A stretch of 63,563 nucleotides of DNA, the filler included, from Chrysochromulina tobinii (lineage: Eukaryota), in NCBI GenBank assembly GCA_001275005.1. It is 6 parts of 6 records of this genome, joined end to end, with 100 filler letters (N's around TTAATTAATTAA, not from the genome) between each part and the next. Parts side by side here need not be neighbours in the genome. Positions count along the whole stretch, not along the records: positions 1 to 20,832 come from JWZX01000750.1; positions 20,933 to 39,813 come from JWZX01000754.1; 4 more parts are not named here. One strand, written 5' to 3'. The translations under genes and the position numbers were made by a program. The notes below the pieces were generated by a model. That model saw only the letters and a list, made by a program, of their open reading frames with translations, was not told the DNA's origin and searched no databases. Position 1 is the stretch's first letter; each line of letters opens with the position of its first letter. Below, piece by piece: positions 11,156-21,563 of this stretch.

Positions 11156-12462
11156 ATGCGCTCGATCTGGAAAGGGATCCCGCACAACGAGGCTGACGCG
11201 GCCGTCGCGGCGTGGCTCTCCGCGCCCGACGGCGCGGAGAGACCACTCCCCGCGGATGCACGCGCTGCCGTCGTCGAAGAGCTCCGCCACCGCCCAAAGG
11301 CGCGTCTCTCGCACACGTTCCTGTACGATGAGCTCGGCTCGACGCTGTACGAGGAGATCTGCAAGACGCCCGAGTATTTTCTGACTGGCCACGAGGCCGC
11401 GCTCGTCAAAGCCAAGGCCGCCGACATCGCCTTCGATGCCTTCCACTCGGCAGCCGCCAATGGTGACGAGCAGGACGTGCAGGTGGTCGTCGAATTCGGC
11501 TCCGGCGACGGCCACAAAACGCTCGCGCTGCTGCGCGCGCTTCGGCCGCTCGCGCAGCACACTATCTACGCTCCGCTCGACTTGAGCGCCGAGGCGCTCC
11601 AAACGTGCGTCAGTGCGGTCAGCGCCATGGTCTCGTCCGAGCCGGGCCGTCCGCTCTCGACCATGCCACTCCATGGCAACTACGACGAGACGCTGTTCGA
11701 GGCGGCAGCGCTGCCCGGCCGCAAGCTGTACCTCTTCATGGGCTCCAACCTGGGCAACTTCACCGACGCGCAGGCCATCGCCTTCCTCCGGGGCGTCGCG
11801 CGCCACATGACCCACCGTGATCGGCTCCTCCTCGGTGTAGACACGCCAATTTCGTCCACTAAGAGCTCGAGCATGATCGAGGCGGCCTACAACGACGCGC
11901 GCGGCGTGACGGCGGCGTTCACGATCAACGCGCTGCGCCACGTCAACCGCGTCGCCGGCCTCGACTTTGACTGGCGCGACGGCTGGTGCCACGAGGCGAG
12001 GTACTCTCACGACGAGCGCGCGATCGTCACGCACCTCGTGTCTCGTCGAGAGCAGGTGAAGGCTTCGTCAGCGCCTCATGATTGCCTTGTAATTGCCTCG
12101 CCGATTGCCTCATGATTGCCTCATGATTGCCTCGTCAGTGCCTCGTCAGTGCCTCGTCAGTGCCTCGTGAGTGCCTCTGATTGCCTCTGATGGCGCGATC
12201 GTCACACACCTCTTCACACCTCCGTATCCCGAAAATGTCACAGACGGTGCGCCAGACGACGACGACGACGAGGGCAGAGGAGGAGGAGGAGGAGGAGGGC
12301 GCCGCCGGCGCGATCGTGCGCACGTACCAAGAAGGCGAGCGCATCTTCGTCGAGCAGTCGCGCAAGTTCGACGCGCCGAGCCTCGAGCGTCTTTGCCGCA
12401 GCGCCGGCCTCTTCACACGTCGCACGTGGAGCGACACCGATGGGTTCACCCTGATCAGCGAG
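11156..12462 (+). other. egtD: Domain 1 of the fusion: histidine N-alpha-trimethyltransferase (EgtD, Methyltransf_33)
   Basis: FLYDELGSTLYEEICKTPEYFLT, VEFGSGDGHKT, FMGSNLGNF, AAYNDARGVTAAF, GERIFVEQSRKF. Confidence 0.9.
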
Positions 12463-15400
12463 GTGAGTGTCGTTAATTGCCTCTTGATTGCCTCTTCGCA
12501 CACACGATGGGTTCACCCTGATCAGCGAGGTGAGTGTCGTTAATTGCCTCTTGATTGCGTCTTCGCACACACGATGGGTTCACCCTGATCAGCGAGGTGA
12601 GTGACGCCCTCGACGGCGCCCTCGGCCTCGGAGTGCCACTGAGTGCATGCTGATTGCGCTTGATGGTCGTCCTCATCAGGTGGTGCCCTCGACGGCGCCC
12701 TCAGCTGGACCGAATGCGCTCTCCCGCCCACTGCGCGTCGTCGTGATCGCCTCGATGACGTCGCACACGGGCAACGCGGTCACCGCAGCACGGATCATGA
12801 GGCTCTTGCCCGCCGCCCACGTGAGCGCGCTGGACATTCACACGGTTTCGTCACGCGCCGTGTTGGCCACCCATCTCGTGGCGGGGGGATCGGGCACTCC
12901 GGCGGCGGGCCTCGTTCTCGGCGTGCATGCGTACCGGTCGGGCAAGCTGCTGCTCGGCTGCGGCGTGCCGTACATGATCGTCCTCGGCGGGACGGACGTG
13001 AACATCGATCTGCACGAGAGTGCCAAGGGAGAGGTGATTCGACGCGTCATCGCCGAGGCGGCGGCGGTCGTCGCGTTCAATGAGGAGCTCAAGACGGGGC
13101 TCCTCGCGCGGGTCCCCGAGGCGCGCTCCAAAGTGTTCCTGATTCCACAGGCGGTGGAGCTCGAACCCCCCGAGATCGTTGACGAGACCGAGGATGACGA
13201 AACGCGCTTCCGTGAGCGCCTGCGGGCTGCGCTCGACGTAACCGCCAACGAGCAGCTGCTGCTGCTGCCCGCGGGGGTGCGACCTGTGAATGATTGCTGC
13301 CCGCGGGGGTGCGACCTGTGAATGATTGCTGCCCGCTGGGGTGCGACCTGTGAATGATTGCTGCCCGCGGGGGTGCGACCTGTGAATGATTGCTGCCCGC
13401 GGGGGTGCGACCTGTGAATGATGCCCGCGGGGGTGCGACCTGTGAAGGACGTGCTCCGAGTGTCGTTAATGGCCTCTTGATTGCCTCATCAGGTGCGACC
13501 TGTGAAGGATGTCCTCTGGGCGGCCGAGGCGATCGCCCAATGGCATGCGAGCGACCCACGCATCTGTCTGCGCATCGTCGGCCCCGTGCTCGATGCCAAG
13601 TACGCGCAGGCAGTCAAGGCGACGCTCGGCATGCAAGTGCTCACCACGACGCCCTCACTCCCCACAGGTACGCGCAGGCAGTCGAGGCGGCGCTCGCGGC
13701 GCTCGCGACGGCGCCGTCCACCGCTCGGGCGGTGCGCTACGTGGGCGCGTTGCCGCGGGCACAGCTGCACGAGGCGATGAGGATGGCGGCGATGGTGATC
13801 AACACGAGCGAGAGCGAAGGGCAGTGCAACTCGCTGCTCGAGGCGATGCTCGCAGGCACGCCCATCGTGGCGCGTGCCAATCTGGGCAACACTTCACTCC
13901 TCGTCGCTCCAGGGACAGTGCACCAGCGCTACGGGCTGCTCGGCACGACGCCCGCGGAGCTCGTGAGCCAAGCCCAACGGCTGCTTGCGTCTGATTGCGG
14001 CTGATTGCGTCTGATTGCGTCTAATTGCGTCTGATGGCGTCTGATGGCGTCTGATGGCGTCTGATGGCGTCTGATGGCGTCTGATTGCGTCTGATTGCGT
14101 CCCTCATCAGGTGAGCCAAGCGCAACGGCTGCTCGCCGATGGCGATCTCGCAGCACGGCTCACACACGCCGCCAAGGCCAAGGTGAGTGTCGTTAATTGC
14201 CTCCTGATTGCCTCTTCACACACGCCGCCAAGGCCGAGGTGCAAGCCGAGATTGCGGTCGAGCTCGAGGCCGCTTGATGGCCTTTGATTGCCTCCCTTAT
14301 CAGATTGAGTGCCTCCCTCATCAGGTGAGCGACGAGCTCGAGGCCGCTTGATGGCCTCTGATGGCCTCCGATTGCCTCCCTAATTAGATTGAGTGCCTCC
14401 CTCATCAGGTGCAAGCTGAGAATTCGGTCGCGCTCGAGGGGGAGAGGTACGCGGCAGCGGCACAGCACGCGCTCGCCATCCAAGTGCTCACCACGACGCC
14501 CTCACTCCCCACAGGTACGCGGCAGCGGCACAGCACGCGCTCCAGTACGCCGGCCCTGCGCCGCGCGACACGACCTACGTAGGGCTCCATGCGCCGCCGC
14601 CAGAGGCCCTCGGGCTGCGCCTGAGCAAGGCGGGCGTCGTGGCGGGCGTCTTCGAGGCCCTCGAGGTGTACGAATCCATACGGGCGCACACGTGGCAGGC
14701 GCGTGCTTCACGCCTCCACGCCCAGCATGCATGCGCTCACCACGGCGCGCGGGCCCTTCGCGCGCTTCATGGCCCCGCCTCCTCGCCCAGCATGCAAGTG
14801 CTCACCACGGCGCCCGGGACCTTCCCCACAGGCGCGCGCTTCATGGCTGCGCGCGCAGCTCTGGACGTCGTACCGGCGCTTTCTGGCAGCGGTGCCGGCG
14901 GCGCAGCTCGCTCGATCTCCGGGGCTCTACCCGACGGACTGGTCGATTGGCCACGTCGCCTTCACCTTCGACTACCTCGTCGCCCTCCCGCTGCGCCTTC
15001 CAACGGCCGGAGTGCTCTGGCGCCCAACTCGGCGCCCGACCAAGGAGGGCGCCGCCGCCGCCCAGCTCGGCGCCCAGCACGGCCTGCCGTTGGCGGCGAT
15101 GATCCAGCAGGCGTCGAGCGCCGCCGTGGGCGCGCTCGGCGAGTGGTGGAGTGGCGGCGCCCATGACGGCGCTGAAGGTGGCGCCCACCACGGCGCCCAG
15201 GGTGGCGCCCACGACGGCGCCGGTGTGTTGGCCGACGACGGGTGTGGGGGGGAGGCGACCTTCTGCAGCGCCCACGGCGGCGCCAAGCGCGGTGGCGGCG
15301 ACTCGGATCGCGCCGTGTTGCGCACTCAGGCGTGGACGTTATACGACTCGATGCGGGTGAGCGGAGCAGAGCGCTGATGACCGCTGATGACCGCTGATGA

Positions 15401-16643
15401 CCGCTGATGACCGCTGATGACCGTTGATGACCTCCCTCATCAGGTGAGCGGAGCAGAGCGCTGGGCGCTGTGGGAAGAAGGCGAGCTCCCCGACGCGCGC
15501 CTGTACCTGCACCAGGTGCATGCGATGGCCGACACCCTTGACTTGACCTGACTTGACCTGACTTGACTTAACTTGACTACCAGGTGCATGCGATGGCCGA
15601 CACCCTTGACTTGACCTGACTTGACCTGACTTGACCTGACTTGACTTGACTTGATTTGACTTGACTACCAGGTGCATGCGATGGCCGACACCCTCATCAG
15701 CGACTGCATCGGCGGCGTCTCCACGGGCCAGCCCGGTGCTTGCAACGGCGCTCACGACGGCGCGGCGGCAGAGGGCACGAAGGTAGCACTGCTGCCTCCG
15801 TGCGTCTCGTACCTTCTCTTGTACTCGATCGTACACACGCTCTGGCACACTGAAGAGCTCATCCACGCGCGCAACCTGCATAAGCAGCCGCCGCCGCCGC
15901 CGCCTGCCGAAGACGAGGCAGAGCCCGCGCCGCCCCCGACCCCCCCGAACCCCCGAACCCCCGAACCCCCCGACCCTGACCCCGGCGCCGACCCCGCCGC
16001 CCGCGCCTATAACGGCGCAGGACGCGCCAGCAGAGGGGAGGACCGTGCAAGATTCCCCACAGCCTCCATCTTCCGTGCCGGAGCCGCCCTGCCCGCCGCC
16101 GCCGACCCTGCCGCCGCCGCCGACAATGCCGCCGCCAACCCCGCCGCCGACAGCGGCCTTCGGGCCTTGCCAGGGCGTGGACGATGTGTGCATTCCGGGG
16201 GGCATCTTCTTCCTTGGAGCCGAACGGGATGGGCCGCCGAGCGACGCGCACCCACGCTTGATCCTCGACTGTGAAAAGTGGGCCCACACCCCTGATCTCC
16301 CGTGAGCTCCGAGATTGATCCTCGACTGTGAAATGTGGGCCCACCCCCCTGATCTCCCGTGAGCTCCTGAGCGCCTCTGATGACCGATGATGAACGCTGT
16401 GATGACCGCTAATGACCTCCCTCATCAGGTGGGCCCACCCGGTGCCCCTCGAGCCATTCCGCATCGCCAAGCACTGCGTGACCAATCGCGAGTTCGCCGC
16501 GTTTGTGCTCGCGGGCGGGTACGCAGACGAGTCGTTCTGGAGCTTCGACGGAGTGCGCTGGCTTCGTCAAGCGAAGCTGGAGCACCCGTACAAGTGGCGA
16601 CGCGTCGCTCGCGAGGACGGCGCTGGCACCAATGGAGTATGCC

Positions 16644-16674
<31 letters not shown>

Positions 16675-17570
16675 GGGCGAGGGCGACTGGCAGGCTACCC
16701 TCAGCTGCGCGCAGCTCCGCCACGCCGGTCACGGCCACGCCAGCAAGGACCCCAGCAAGGACCCAATCAAGGACCCAAGCGAGGACCCATGCTGCCGCCA
16801 ATTTCGTCTGCAGTGGTTCGACCGCATGATCCCGCTGCCGCCCTATCAGCCCGTGAGCCACATCTCGTACTACGAGGCCGAAGCGTTCTGTGCGTGGGCG
16901 GGCCGCCGACTGCCCACCGAGGCCGAGTGGGAGGCGGCGTGCTGCGGCGTCCCCACAGCTGATGACGGCCACCTCGCGCCGCATAAGGGTCGCCCGATGC
17001 CCTGGGGAGACGGACCGCCCACGACGGCGCGTGCCAACTGTGGCATGCGCCACGCCACACTGCTCGACGTTCATGAGCTGCCCGCGGGAGATTCGATCTG
17101 GGGGGTGCGCCAGATGCTCGGCAACGTGTGGGAATGGACCTCGACACAGTTCTACCCGTACCCAGGCTACGTAATGGACTTTCCGTACGTGACTGAGTGC
17201 CACTGAGCGCGTCTGATCGCCTCTGATTGCCGCTGATGGACTTTCCGTACGCGACTGAGTGCCTACTGAGTGCCACCGAGAGTGCCACTGAGTGCCACAG
17301 AGCGCGTCTGATCGCCACTGATTGCCACTGATTGCCACTGAGTGCCGCTGAGTACCACTGAGTGCCTCTGATCGCCACTGAGTGCCGCTGATCGCCGCTG
17401 AGTGCCACAGGTACCGCGAGCAGTCGGCACCGCACTTTGGCGGGTCGCGGGTCGCGCGAGGCGGCTGTTTCGCGACGCCCGACCTCATCGTGCGCGGCGA
17501 GTACCGCTCCTTCTACCACCCGACCAACCGACCGGAACTCGCCATTGGCTTCCGCACGTGCGCGCTCTGA
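11156..17570 (+). CDS. Trifunctional EgtD-SenB(GLT1D1-like)-SenA/EgtB fusion; candidate selenoneine/ergothioneine synthase, 14 exons, about 1475 aa
   Basis: Exons 11156-12055, 12244-12462, 12680-13276, 13493-13599, 13668-13962, 14111-14182, 14409-14446, 14515-14698, 14832-15356, 15444-15515, 15672-15917, 16021-16277, 16429-17184, 17411-17570 sum to 4428 nt with no internal stop. 11 GT-AG and 2 GC-AG introns. Several junctions restore conserved motifs (HLVSRREQ|TV, G|VRPVKD, YDSMR|V, DCEK|WAH, FP|YREQS). Confidence 0.85.
13277..13492 (+). repeat. Intron built largely from about 6 tandem copies of the exon-exon junction sequence (CTGCCCGCGGGGGTGCGACCTGTGAA+TGATTG)
   Basis: Visible directly; ends in TTGATTGCCTCATCAG acceptor. 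Confidence 0.85.
13600..13667 (+). mobile_element. Introner-like intron, module A (CAAGTGCTCACYACGRCG...CCCCACAG); related introns at 2323-2398, 3282-3424, 3788-4053, 4192-4291, 5209-5276, 14447-14514, 14699-14831
   Basis: Shared ~35-nt 3' module in 8 introns of two unrelated genes. The 5' part is usually a copy of the downstream exon start. Confidence 0.75.
14832..17570 (+). other. senA: Domain 3 of the fusion: DinB + FGE-sulfatase iron-dependent synthase, SenA-like branch of the EgtB family
   Basis: WSIGHVA, LYDSMRV..ERW, HTLWHTE (HxxxHxE), IPGGIFFLGA, DCEKWAHPV..PFRIAK.CVTN, PVSHISYYEAEAFCAWAGRRLPTEAEWE, MLGNVWEWT, YPYPGY..PYREQSAPHFG, RGGCFAT, GFRTCAL. Confidence 0.8.
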
Positions 17571-17678
17571 AGCTCAAGGCATGCAGAAGGTGCGGCATGA
17601 TAGACTCATGTAGATTGAGACCACATTGGAGGTGAGCTAACTGAGCGGGCTGGCGGCGGGCTCAAATTTACTCGAGTG

Positions 17679-17713
17679 GGCTCGTGCGTAAAGATCACGT
17701 TTACGCACGAGCC
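17679..17713. repeat. Perfect 14-bp inverted repeat with 7-nt loop
   Basis: GGCTCGTGCGTAAA-GATCACG-TTTACGCACGAGCC; GTAAAGATCACGT recurs at 17715-17727. Confidence 0.85.
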
Positions 17714-17934
17714 AGTAAAGATCACGTAGAGCATTTCGTCCGTCGCTCTGAAAAGAAAATAGCTCGGCCTTGCAAGCAAGCTAAGTAGTCTTTTTTTGGC
17801 TTGCTTGCTTGCTCGGCCACCAGCTCTCGGGCGGGCTGTTTCGTTTTGACAGACCCCGGGAATCGCGGCGAAACGGCGGCTTGGAGGCTCCTGCTGGTAT
17901 TGCTGTCAAAGAGCGACCGTCCGCTTCACGCTTC

Positions 17935-18747
17935 ATGGCGCCGCGAACTGGCGACGTTGTCGCGCGACAGCCTTCTTGGATACCCGACGAGCTCGTTACA
18001 GCGTGTGGAGGATGTGCCATGGAGTTCGGGCTCATCAAACGCCGGCACCATTGCAGAGCATGCGGTGGCATCTTTTGTTCAAGTTGCTCGCTCTCGCGAG
18101 AAGCCTTCCCGCACCTTGGCTACCACGAGCCCGTTCGATGCTGCAACCCCTGCGCCACCATCATGCACGAGCAGAGGCAGCGCCCTGCACGTGGCGCGCC
18201 GGCCCAAGCTGAGACCTCGGGAGCACCGCCCGCGCACGCAGAGAAGGGTGCACGCGTTCGAGTCTTCGGCCTCGAAGCCAAGCCAGAGTACAACGATCAG
18301 ATGGGCACGGTCACCTTGTGGGATGACGCAAGGAAGCGCGCGGGCGTGCTGCTCGATAGCGGCACGAAGGTAGCTCTCAAGCTAGCGAACCTACGAGCTG
18401 CCACAGAGCCACCCGCCGCTGCGGCACAGCCGTCGTCGTCGTCGGAACTGCCACCCGCCGCGCTGGCACAGCCATCGTCGGAATTGCCGATCTCCGCGGC
18501 TCTACCACTGCCACGCCGCCGCTCGGCGCCGCCGCTCCTCACGACCCAAACGCCGGCCGCCCTGCCCGCTGCAGCGCCACCTGGTGCATCGAAACCCTCT
18601 TCGCTCCTGCCGAGGGACAGCGCCCGGGACGGCGCTATTCGGGTGGACAAGATCTACCATGGCAGCGCTGTCATGTTCCTACTCGAACTGGCCTTCGCTG
18701 CAGCGATGAGCGAGCTCGCGGAGAATCGCCCTGCCGCAAGCGCTTAA
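17935..18747 (+). CDS. FYVE zinc-finger protein with a small SH3-like beta domain
   Basis: WIPD..C..C...F.LIKRRHHCRACGGIFCSSC..VRCCNPC, then GARVRVFGLEAKPEYN..G.V...RAGVLL..VALKLANL. Confidence 0.85.
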   Translation: MAPRTGDVVARQPSWIPDELVTACGGCAMEFGLIKRRHHCRACGGIFCSSCSLSREAFPHLGYHEPVRCCNPCATIMHEQRQRPARGAPAQAETSGAPPAHAEKGARVRVFGLEAKPEYNDQMGTVTLWDDARKRAGVLLDSGTKVALKLANLRAATEPPAAAAQPSSSSELPPAALAQPSSELPISAALPLPRRRSAPPLLTTQTPAALPAAAPPGASKPSSLLPRDSARDGAIRVDKIYHGSAVMFLLELAFAAAMSELAENRPAASA

Positions 18748-19110
18748 AGGCTCTGGCCCCTGCTTCGACCAAGGCTTCGACTCGAGATTCAACGGCACAA
18801 CTACAAGAGGCTGCACAGAGTGTGTGTGGACTTCGTGTCACACTCGGAACACGAACTTTGGTGTGCGGTGCAGAATGGGTTTACACGAGCGCAATTATCC
18901 GGATTCGTAACCAGAAATCCAGAGAGCAGAGTCGCCAAAATTCGACCGTTGACCTTTTCACCGGCTTCAAAAGCCGCCCCCTGGGGTACATTTTGCTGAG
19001 TCCGGCGGCAAGGTGATGACTCGTCCTGAAAGCTTCGGTGATTTCATCGCAAGTTCGACGACACGCGCCCATGACGACGCATCTCGAATTCGCCATTTTT
19101 CGAAAGCGAG

Positions 19111-20832
19111 ATGGCCGAAGCGACGACGACGACAGAGGCGATGCCGGCAGAGGCGGCGATTGAGACGAAGAACTCGATCCTCGAGGTCGGCAACTCCATG
19201 CTGAACGCGATTGTGCTGGCCTTCTCGCCGCGTGGGCCGCTTTCATCGGGACCGACGAGCGTTCCCGCGCGTGCGCTTTCAAGCGCGCGCACTGTGCAGG
19301 CGGCAGCGAAACAGACACTTCCAGAAACGCCCACTGAGGTTGAGCTGCCGACGCTCAAGCCAGAGTCTGACGCTGCCTCTCACTTGGCGCCGCCGCCGGC
19401 GCACCGCCACCAAATGGGCCCCACGCGGCCCGATGCCTTGGATAATGGGGACGACACCAACCTCGACGACATCGACGACGACGACGACGACGCTATTCGG
19501 AATTCGCGTCGCAAGCGTTGCCCCACGCGCAAGCACGTCGACATCGACCACGAGGTGAAGCGCGAGTTGAGTGCGCTCGACAGCGACCTGGCGGAGGTGC
19601 TCGGACGCGGCGATATTGCGCTCGTGAGCACGAAATGGCTGAAAGCCCAGCTCGCCCGGCAGCCAGACTACCGCATCGTCCGCCGGCAGGACCTCAAGCC
19701 TGTGGGCGGCATCAAGCCACATCTGACGCCCAAGGAGGCCAAGCGGCTCCTTCTCGAGGGCAGGCGCGCAGTCGGCGCGTTCTCTCTCGGCTGGCCCACC
19801 CAGGGCAACCCGGACCCGACCGGCCACCGCATCCAGGCCTTTGGGCGTGCCCTTTTAGAGCGGCCCGACATCGAGGCCTTTTTCTGGGATTACCCATCGC
19901 TGTACCAGAACAGTGACCACAGTCCCCGCACCAAAAAGCAGGAGCGCTCCTTCAAAAGAGGGCTTCGCGTGGTAAGGCGCTCGCGATCAGAACGCTCCTC
20001 CGGAACGCCCCACGTCATGCCCCCCTCCTCTCTTCATGCTGTCCTTCGCACCGCCTCGCTGAGAGAATGCCGCCCACCCCCGTCGGCCTCTGTGCCGTGC
20101 GTGCGTCCTCGCCGCAGATGGGCAGCCTCTATGCCTCCGCTATCGGCACGACCGTGCTGCAGCTCAAAGAGCTGCCGCCGCGACCGCGAGAGTACGATGG
20201 CAAGCTCTGCCTCTTCGACGTCGCCCCGGGCGTTGACGGGGCGGCGATCAAAGCGGCGCTTGTGCCCTACGGCGACATCGTCAGCTGCATGCTCGGCAAA
20301 ACTGCGCGTCCTGCGACCGTGTGCTTCGCGACGCACGCGGCGGCGCAGGCGGCCAAGCGCGCGGCGGCGCAGCTCGTGCACATCGCCGGCGGCGTGGACA
20401 CGCTCTTCAACGAGCGCTCGTACGATGGACGGCACGGCGAGGCCGGCCTCGACGACGACGAGGGCCGCGGCTGGTGCGTCTTCGAGTCGGCGGTGAGCGG
20501 CGAGCTCATCCTGCGGCTGTCCGTCGTCCCACGGCTGAAGGCGGAGCTGGATAAGCTGCCGCCCAAGATGCTTCAGGTCCGCAGCGGGCACTCCCTCGAG
20601 CCCGTCGACTTGAGCGCCGGCCGGCTCGAGACGCGCGTCGCCGAGGTGGTAGCCCGCATCGAGGGAGCCACCTTCACCGGCAAGGGCGACAAGGCCATGG
20701 TCATCGACCTTTACAAGACGTTTGTGGAACGGATTGCGGGCGCGCTGGCGCGATTGTTGCCCAAGATGCGCGCGTCCCACGGTGCGACGGCCGCGCCGCC
20801 GGAGCCGCTGCCGCAGGTCGATGCGCCCGCCG
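19111..20832 (+). CDS. Hypothetical protein of an algal family with a HET-like domain, truncated by contig end
   Basis: SLGW..GNPDPTG, FFWDYPSLYQ, MGSLYASAIGTTVLQ, GRGWCVFE. Intron 19972-20117 (GTAAGG...CCGCAG) joins ORFs 19111 and 20067. Confidence 0.65.
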
Positions 20833-20932
20833 NNNNNNNNNNNNNNNNNNNNNNNNNNNNNNNNNNNNNNNNNNNNTTAATTAATTAANNNNNNNNNNNN
20901 NNNNNNNNNNNNNNNNNNNNNNNNNNNNNNNN
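20833..20932. other. Artificial contig spacer (also 39814-39913, 52613-52712, 56183-56282, 61586-61685)
   Basis: Identical 100-nt N-run with a central TTAATTAATTAA six-frame stop linker. Confidence 0.98.
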
Positions 20933-21563
20933 GTCCTCCCCTGCTGGCTTCCGGAGCACATTCGATAGGCTTCCGTATGGTTGTCTGTTGTTTCTGTATA
21001 GACTTGACTTGACTTGACTGAGAGCTCGACTTCGTGAGATTCCCCGGTCGAAATGATCCCAATCGCCAAGGCAAACTAAAATCTGAAAGACCACGCGACG
21101 GCAGCTGAGGCATGGGCATGTGGCGCAAGCTGCATGATGATGTTTGCGGGGGGGGCGGGGCAGACATTCAGTGATTCTGAGCTAGTCCTGCTTGAGACGG
21201 CACTGTGTTGAAACACATGGTTGAAACACCAGAGTAGTGAAACCCTTCGTATTGGTGTTTCAACACCGGTGTGAAGCTCAGCTTAATCCTTAAACCAATT
21301 GCCTTAAACGACGGCGCCCGGCGGCCTACGGTGGCTACTCATGCTACTCATCTAAAGCGGTAAGCGCGTCGCTACACCTGCTAACCTACGGTATTACCTG
21401 AAGTATTACCTACTTGATAATACGCTTGTGTCGCCGCGTCCCGGCGGCCCCCGGTGGCAGTGTCGAGTGTCTTTTACAAAGGATGAGTGCGAAGCTCGTG
21501 CACGGCGGAGGTCGGCCCGGCGTGGAGTGCTTCGACCGCTCCGAGCACGGCCACCTCGTGCGT

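Larger units (their letters stand above)
12680..14545 (+). other. senB: Domain 2 of the fusion: GT-B glycosyltransferase, SenB / GLT1D1-like
   Basis: HTGNAVTAARI, GVHAYRSG, VLGGTDVN, GVRPVKD, IVGPVLD, NTSESEG..LLEAM..PIVARANLGN. Confidence 0.75.

Noticed and set aside
11060..17570. Three separate genes, a bacterial egtD-senB-senA operon, or frameshifted pseudogenes
   Set aside because: Canonical splice sites join all pieces in frame, with no stop between domains.
17571..17730. SECIS element or selenoprotein reading of the fusion gene
   Set aside because: The spliced model has no in-frame TGA, and the hairpin lacks SECIS geometry.
20833..20932. TTAATTAATTAA as a biological motif, and ORFs running into N-runs
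   Set aside because: Artificial contig linker repeated five times.
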